Position numbers and translations under genes: made by a program
Part shown: positions 56,416-64,000 of the stretch, in pieces
Position numbering within the stretch: the stretch's first letter is position 1
Layout of the letters: each line of letters starts with the position of its first letter
From: Octopus vulgaris
Taxonomy: Eukaryota
Assembly: GCA_951406725.2 (NCBI GenBank)
Contig: OX597830.1
Coordinates: forward strand, 5,766,001-5,830,000
Reading direction: 5' to 3'
DNA: 64,000 nucleotides
The notes under the pieces: generated by a model
Databases searched by the model: none
What the model was told of the DNA's origin: nothing
Seen by the model: the letters and a program-made list of their open reading frames with translations, nothing else

Positions 56416-58040
56416 AAGTAAATAAATGGCACAACGAAGCACCGATATTTACGGGAAAATAGCGAACGTAGTAAATACGACGCTAATGTATAGCTTCAAT
56501 GCGTATGTACTAGTAAAGATGCGTGTGTGCAACAAACATGAAAAAAATTGTCTTACCTCTAGGAAGAACATCTGAAAAATGAAAAACCTAGAAACGGATA
56601 ATGCAGTACCGGTTTCAGATTCTTCAAAATACGTTTTCCAATGTATATTTGATTTATCTTCATCAGCTGCATATACCTCGACAATATATTTCAAATGTTG
56701 CCACATATATGCCAGTACACTCGTCTGAACGCCAAAACGTTAACAGCACGAGAATAGTGAAGAAGTTTCAATGAAAATAGTAATGCAATACGAGAGTATA
56801 AATTTTGTATGTATAAAATTTTTAATCTTCGAATTTTTAAAATAATATGCTAGGCCACTGGTTTTAATTGATTAATATAAATTTCTACACTTATTTAATT
56901 TTTAAATAAAAAAAATGTTCTCTAGCCAGTAAATTGACTGCTGTAGTTTATTAACTGCAGAGTAATTTCCGATCTCAGCGCGCCAAAGTGAAGGCATTTG
57001 AAGGATACACATAAATATAATTTGTGGAACATTATACATGCTGGATTTCGGTCGAGCGCCCTGTATCTAGTTCTGGAAATTGTATTTCGTTAACCACAGA
57101 CTACGCTGATGATCTTGCAGATGTTTGCGTATCCATATACGTAAATAATAAGTGAAACTAATTAGTACGTAGGTAATGGTTTTTTTATTTTTCGTATATT
57201 TTCATTTGTCTTATTTTTAAAATTTGGTTTTTGTTGAATTTTTTTTTAGAACACATTCTTCGTCGTAAATTGCGAGTTTGACGTCTATATCTAGCATACA
57301 GGCTGTCCACTATTAGTGGTTATTCCTCTAAATTTTGTATACATATATATATATATATATATGTATGTGTGGGAGTAGTAGTATGAGAGTCCGCATGTAA
57401 GGCTTTTAGGTAAGTATATATTGGAAGGTTTGGAGATGATGTACAGGTATTTTATATTAGAAGAAATGAGGTAATCAGAAAATCGGATGGTTTTTATATT
57501 TACAGATACTTATTTGTATATTACATTTTTTATACATCATATAACTTAGATCATGTATTAGCGCTTTCTCTCATTCTAGTGGGGTTTTCAAATCAAACTA
57601 AGTTCCTGTGTGAAAAGTTTTGACCATTTTATAGTGGTACTGAGTTTGTAGTGGTGGGAGGAATATAAGACAGTACAAGAGGATGATGGATGAGGAGAAA
57701 GTGAGAGAGAGATAGAGAGAGCATGTGTGTGTGTGTTCTTTTATGTGTGTGCTTTTGTGTGTGCTGAAGAAAAAGAGGTGAAGGGACAAGGAAGAAGAAA
57801 TATTTTTTTTGCTCTGCTGGAGAGCATGCTTAATCCAAGGGGGGGTCTAAGATCTTGGGGAATAAGTATTTCACTTTTGACCATTTCATAGTGTTATTGA
57901 GTGTGTGGTGTCGGGGAGGTAGACCATAAATTATATTTCTTTTTATCATTGTGAGAGAGTGTGTGTGTGTGTTTAATGAGGATGGTCAAATGGTTTTTTG
58001 GATTTAGAGAAGAAGAATTATTTTTATTATTGTTTTGTGG

Positions 58041-58090
<50 letters not shown>

Positions 58091-58939
58091 ATGTGTGGGT
58101 GTCTGTGAGTTTGGAGAAGGGAAGAAAGGAGTAGAGGAAAAAAAGGAAGGAGAAATAATTGTGTTGATATTTATACCACTATATATATATAAATATATAT
58201 ATAAATATATATATATACATACACATAAAATATTAGGAAAGAAACCGCCTTTTATTAATTCAAAATGAATAATTAAATTACACCATCTAGAAAATTACAT
58301 ATCATAGAAAATTAAAATTAAAATAACAATAAAAAATTAAAGATTAAGTAAATTACAAAGGTAATATAATGTATATAATAGGAAATATATATATATATAT
58401 ACAAAATGCTCCACTATATTAAATTGTATATATAGTTGGGTACGAGTGTATATATTGGCGCGTGCTTCGCTATATGTATGCGCATGTCAAATGGGTACAT
58501 CCGCTCACTTTTCTGTGTGTGTATGGGCATGAATATATTCCCACATTTGGGATAGGTTGTATATATGTATGTATATACGTGTGTGTACGTCAATGTATGT
58601 GCATGTATATGTGAGCATGTCGATGTGTGAATATATACATACAGATGTTTGTTTGTGTGTGGGAGGGTATATGTGAGTCTCTGTGTGTGTATGTGTGTAT
58701 GCATCCGATCATTGAATACTGAAGGCCAGCTAGTAAAATTCGGATGTGCTGCCAACCTTGAAGAACCGGTCAGTGACCAACCGATACCAAAACAGCAATC
58801 TAATACCACTCATAAGAGTCCACCAAACGCAAACAACATGGATCTACCAGCGGCTACTAAATTCAGTCCAAGACGGACGGAAGAGATGGTGTTGAAGTCG
58901 AAGATTTTAAACTAACGGAGACAACACTTGACTGTCACC

Positions 58940-59130
58940 TACGGAAATTCAGCTGGGTCTCATTTTGCAAACAAATGGTTGCATAATCAAATACCTGTAT
59001 GTTTGGAGAACCCCGTTGTGTGGAAACAATTGTAGTGATGAAAAAATAACTGTCCAACCGCACTCCTTCTCGTCGAATCCAGTTTCTTCAAGTACGCGCA
59101 CACACACACAAACACACACACATACACACA

Positions 59131-59168
<38 letters not shown>

Positions 59169-59745
59169 CACACACACACACACACATACACACATAGTGC
59201 TTGTGTCAGGTCCATGTACCTGTTCTGTACCACTACACTGGCTCAACAGAAATTCTAAAGAATGATATTTTGATTTTGATGGATGGATCAAGCTTCAGTA
59301 TCATTTCTATTTTGTTCATAGCAGCCCAGACATTGGAGATTTCAATGTTAATATTCTTTTTTGATGCACGTATCCAGCTGCACAAATATAGAATATCATG
59401 AATGCGATTTAGTAGTCCGCCTACAGTTTCACAAGATGTCCATCTTCTACCTTTAGTGACATGTAATCTGTCTTGGCAATATTTCTCTGTAGACTAATTT
59501 TCCTGGCGGAGAATTCGATATTGCTGCAGAAGTTAGAAGGAAATCAGACACAAGCTATTATTGCTGAGGCACACGGGACACACAGAACAAAAAGAACGGC
59601 TCGAACATTCATCGATCAACTCTCAGACGTAGAATCTTCAATAAGGAGCACTTGCTCCGAGCAACGGAGAATCGTGAATTGTGGAGGGGGGACTTCGTAA
59701 GGAATCTCTGACCGAAGCAACAATGACGATGATCAGGATGATAAT
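58940..59745. mobile_element. RTE-like LINE 3' portion with an inverted internal segment and GAT-rich tail
   Basis: Minus 59512→58940: KISL..NIAKTDYM…YLCSWI…WAAMNK…KISFFR.SVE…TWT. Plus from 59518: CCRS…HG…RTFIDQL…NRELWR. Confidence 0.65.
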
Positions 59746-59869
59746 TATATATCTATATATGTGTGTATAAACCCACGGACGTGTGTCTGTGTATGTGTAT
59801 ATGCGATATATTAAAAATTGTAAATGTATAACATATTTGTATAATATGCATATACACATATATATCATA

Positions 59870-60258
59870 CTAGCAGTATCACCCGGCGTTGCTCGGGTTT
59901 GTAAGAGAAATAACTATATAAGCATTTTTAGAAATGTAAAGTATAATAGCCATCTCCATATGGCTAACCACAAAGGCGGGGTTGTTACTGTAGCTTTTTA
60001 CGTTCTGAGATTTAATACATTTTTAGAGAGTTACTTCCCTTATATATGCCAAAAATGCATTAAAAATGGGAAAAATTGATGGTAATTTTTTTTTAAATCG
60101 TAGACACATTGTAGACGCGCGCTAATACCCAGAAGGGCTCGATATGAATCTCGACTATAAGATACTCGGTTTGGGTTAAACTGCACCGCAAAATGTGGAT
60201 TTAGGAATCTAAATCGTAGGAGACAGACAGCACACAACCTCGATTTTATATATAAAGA
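59870..60258 (-). mobile_element. Complete 389-bp non-autonomous Helitron
   Basis: Minus strand A|TCTTTATATATAAAA … ACCCG-AGCAACGC-CGGGT hairpin, 7 nt, CTAG|T. Canonical 5' TC, 3' CTAG and A/T target. Confidence 0.88.
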
Positions 60259-60304
60259 TATGATATATATTTATAAATACATTTATGATCCATGTGCTTG
60301 TATG

Positions 60305-61075
60305 TACGTTATTCAGTTTATTTCAATATTTCTTGCCAAATGAGAAAGCACCGATTTCTAACCTAAATCCAAGATTCCTTCATTGGAATTTTAACATCAA
60401 CAACAGAGTATTTTTTGTACGTATGTATGTATGCATTTATGTATGTATGTATGTGTGTATGTATGTATGTATGTATGTATATATAAACGTATGTATCTCT
60501 ATGCATGCATGTATGTATGTATCTATGTATTATCAATGTACGCCTAGGTTTGTATGCTTTATGTATGTATTCTCATGTATATAGTTACATGCGTAGACAT
60601 TCTCCTATATATTTAAATGATAAACTTCTGGAAAGTTTTACAGAACTTTACAGTTTCAGTGATGGATTAGATCTGTAGTCTTCGAATTAGCTTTCTCCTT
60701 TATGGTTTTGAGAAGCCTAATTTCTCAAGATTGGTAATAGGTATTGTGTTACATATCCCAGGGCCCCAATGATTAGAGGTATAATCTGGATAGAGTAACT
60801 GCAGACTTCTCAATAGCTCAGCGAAGGTGTTCTCTTTTTCACTGATCTTCAGCTCCATGTTAACATCTGCTGGGAAGCTGATTTCCACAACTCTGCACAG
60901 TTTCTCTTCTCTACTCAAAATCATCATATCAGGTCTGTTGTGCTGACATTTTACTGAGATCTTCTCTGGGACATTCCACCAGTATCCATTTTTATTACGA
61001 TTGGCGATGACTTCTACCATAATGACGGTTCTTATTTCTTTGTCCTCCGATTTATCCTTCCGATGCATTTCATTA
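60305..61075 (-). mobile_element. 3' end of an RLE-type LINE (endonuclease plus 3' UTR containing (CATA)n)
   Basis: YWWNVP…HNRPDMMI…VVEISFPADVN…KISEKENTFAELL. Ends near AATAAA. 3' UTR matches 11755-11866. Confidence 0.82.
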
Positions 61076-61144
61076 TATGTATGTATGTAAAATTGTATAA
61101 ATATGTGCATATACAAAAACGCCCACACATACTTACACATGTAT

Positions 61145-61188
<44 letters not shown>

Positions 61189-61202
61189 TTATTATAATAA
61201 TA

Positions 61203-61289
<87 letters not shown>

Positions 61290-61792
61290 TGATAATAATA
61301 AAGTGTAAAAATCATAAATGATTTTTACCAAGTGACCTGCGCGGAAATAAAACCTCATTGATAAGTTAATATAAATATTTTATAATTATATACATAATTA
61401 TAAGAAGAACTTGTATTAACTGCAGATTTGATTTTTAACACACTGCAAGTGGCTATGAGGGAAAGATATGAATTCTACTTCGCAGCATATATCTGCGAGT
61501 CTCAAGCGGAGCTCGCTTGTATACACGTTGCCATTCGTATTTATATGCCTGGTGTACCGTCGTGGACGAAGGCAACACGGTAAAGTTTTTTTATTACTTT
61601 AAGCCCGAAACATGATCATGTACACGGTTAAACAAAGTTTATAATTCATTTTCTTTGTTTACTGGCCTATATGCAATGTATTTTTCTCGTAGAATTTATG
61701 GTGGTAATAGTATCTTTTGACGTCTATTTTTCAGTGTGTGGTGAGGCGCAAGCCAAGCCCTTGTTATAATTATATATATAATTATAATTGTA

Positions 61793-61844
<52 letters not shown>

Positions 61845-61927
61845 GTATGTATATATATATATGCATATATACGTGTCTATATAGCATAAATGCAGTTATA
61901 GACATATAAACATATATGCTTACATAT

Positions 61928-62010
<83 letters not shown>

Positions 62011-62669
62011 TTTCATATCAGGTGTACATAAGATTTATGGATATTTTGTACATATACGTGCCCATGTATGTGTGCGCATGTGATTAAGCTAATGTCTTCA
62101 CAGTTATCACCTACGAAATATTCACGGTATTTGATGTCCAAAGCTTACTTGACTGTTTCCTTTTGTTAGTGTTTTGTTTTACTTTGCTAATTCACATTTC
62201 AAATTTCTCTCCGTATGTGCGCAGGAATTTCAGAAGCAAAACGATAATCTTCTCAAAGACCTTAGAGCAAATACGCACCTATATTCAGTGAATTGATACT
62301 AATGAAAGAAAATATATTAAAATTATTCTTGAAGAAGTATCCAAGCGAATACATTTCGTGCCAAATTGCAGAACTCGAGACTGCAATGAACCATTTTTAT
62401 TTCCGTTCTACGAATTTTTCTATACTTTCATTTTTCAAATATCAGATCGATACCAAATTTCAAGATTGGAGTCAAATAAAAATAAATAAAATAAAAAAAA
62501 AACAATCAAGATATTAAATAATAAATAATGCGAAAATATTTTTATTTTTTAACTCTCATTATATTTCATCTTGACCTTTAGTGTGAGGCAGACACGTTGC
62601 CTCATTAAGACGTGGTATCTATAATATATACCTACTATGTGTGCGTGCGTGTGTGTGTGTGTGTGCTCT

Positions 62670-63655
62670 ACTGTATCACTGTATCAACTTGACTATCAGA
62701 CGTTGTTATACATCACTGGTCGCGTTGCGCTTCTTTCTTGATTGTGCCATTGTTTTCCGTCTTGTTTAAGTGAGTAGTTTTCCTATAGTTATGGGAGGCC
62801 CTCTTCTAAGTGGTCTTTTCCGATCTCTTGAATATCACTCGACAACTGACTGCACTGGTCAAACTGTTGTCTGTGAACCTTTCGACTTATCACGGCTCAA
62901 CGAAATTCTGCTTTGGTATTCTGCAATCACATTGTTCACTTCGCTCTCGAATTATCGCACTTCAAATAGGCTGCCGTAATCATATTCCTAGAATGCCCCT
63001 TTCCCTGTCCCTTGGCATCGTTACCAATCGATGTTCTTCCCCTTCATAGTAGCCCGCGTCTCACTTGCGTATAAGATCTCAGTTAGGACGGTGCTATTGG
63101 AATGTATGACACTTATAAACTGGTCCAGCTTCACTTAGGCTCATCTTTTATTTGAGACAAACTCCTTCTTTCATCCGACCCTTATTCTCGACGCATATTC
63201 TTTGTTTGCCCTAAAGTACACGTACTCCTTTATCTCCTGGATTTCATTGCTTCCCATTTCTAATCGGTCTTGTGCTACGTCTGCGGACTGCATGCATTTT
63301 GTTTTCATGCCTTTCATTTTAAAACCCCCTGCAGAGCTATGCATATCCAGCTGAGCAGCATGGTCTGCAGCTGAGTACAATGCGAACCGGAAGTGTGTTA
63401 GCAGCGTATCCAGGATGCCCACGCTTACGCTACCTGTCCAGTCGTCCCCGATCACTTATTGTTAACATGCTGGCTAAATCATTGAACAGACAGTATCTCT
63501 TTGTTTCACAATCTTTCCAGTTACAATACTTACCGGTGAGGATAGCATCGCTATATCCGTTGTGCATCCAGAGTTCGCATCCTCGAGCGATTTGATGTAT
63601 TGCGCTTCAGTAACTTGCATTTCCAGAGATTTTAGTAGCGTGTTCCTCTCGACAC
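62670..63655 (-). mobile_element. RTE-clade LINE 3' fragment (RT to 3' tail), degenerate
   Basis: SVERNTLLKSL…GKIVKQRDT, LTHFRFA, KTKCM, EYVYF, RDRKRPLRRGPP. Short tandem GATACAGT tail at about 62670-62687. Confidence 0.78.
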
Positions 63656-63916
63656 TACCGACTACCACTTTTTCAAGCACCTTGATGGTTTCCTGCGAGA
63701 GAAGGAGTTAAAAAATCAAACCAATATTGAAAGAGTTCATCAGCTCCCGAACTCCAGATTTTTATGCTACCAGAATAAACAAACTGGTAACTCGTTGGCA
63801 AAAATGGTGTTGATTGTAATGGTACTTACTTTCGTGAATAACATTTCCACATTGATGCAATTGTTGTGATGATTTTCAGGTTTGAATACATTGATTACTT
63901 TTTACTCAGCCTCATA
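63656..63916 (+). mobile_element. Mariner 3' fragment (cecropia/Hsmar1-like) with degenerate right TIR
   Basis: PTDYHFFKHLDGFL…EFISSRTPDFY…KLVTRWQK..DCNGTYF. Ends ATTACTTTTTACTCAGCCTCATA. Confidence 0.82.
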
Positions 63917-64000
63917 GCTTTAATTATATACTGAGTTTTTAAGACATTATATTTATGAAATGATTTTCTCTCAGACACAAACAGAGCGGCATGCTTTCTA

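Noticed and set aside
57600-57930. Duplicated TTTTGACCATTT.ATAGTG motif and a PxGL-like peptide suggesting a Penelope terminus
   Set aside because: Too degenerate, and no ribozyme core or endonuclease motif was recoverable.

Overview
AT-rich, microsatellite-dense eukaryotic DNA. The tRNA-derived SINE families and the (TA)n/(TAA)n/(TCTA)n/(CATA)n load resemble an octopod cephalopod genome (inference, no database search). The only supportable host gene is a single-coding-exon class A (rhodopsin-like) peptide-type GPCR on the minus strand (18234-19298). The rest is mostly transposon-derived: RLE (R4/Dong-like) LINE fragments, a hAT nested in another hAT, a Penelope-like relic, two SINE families, Tc1 and mariner elements (one full-length), Helitron pieces, CR1 and RTE fragments, and a young 5'-truncated Tx1-clade LINE inside a (TCTA)n tract. 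Three signals stand out. (1) A set of minimal type I hammerhead-ribozyme motifs in short (TA)n-flanked, often palindromic elements, including one with an intact core at 35320-35404. (2) An unclassified ~557-bp element with fixed ends, present twice and flanked by (TTA)n both times. (3) An apparent partitioning of microsatellite types among element families. Most ORF-track entries are translated microsatellites. Alignments and motif calls were made by eye, and boundaries of degenerate elements are approximate.
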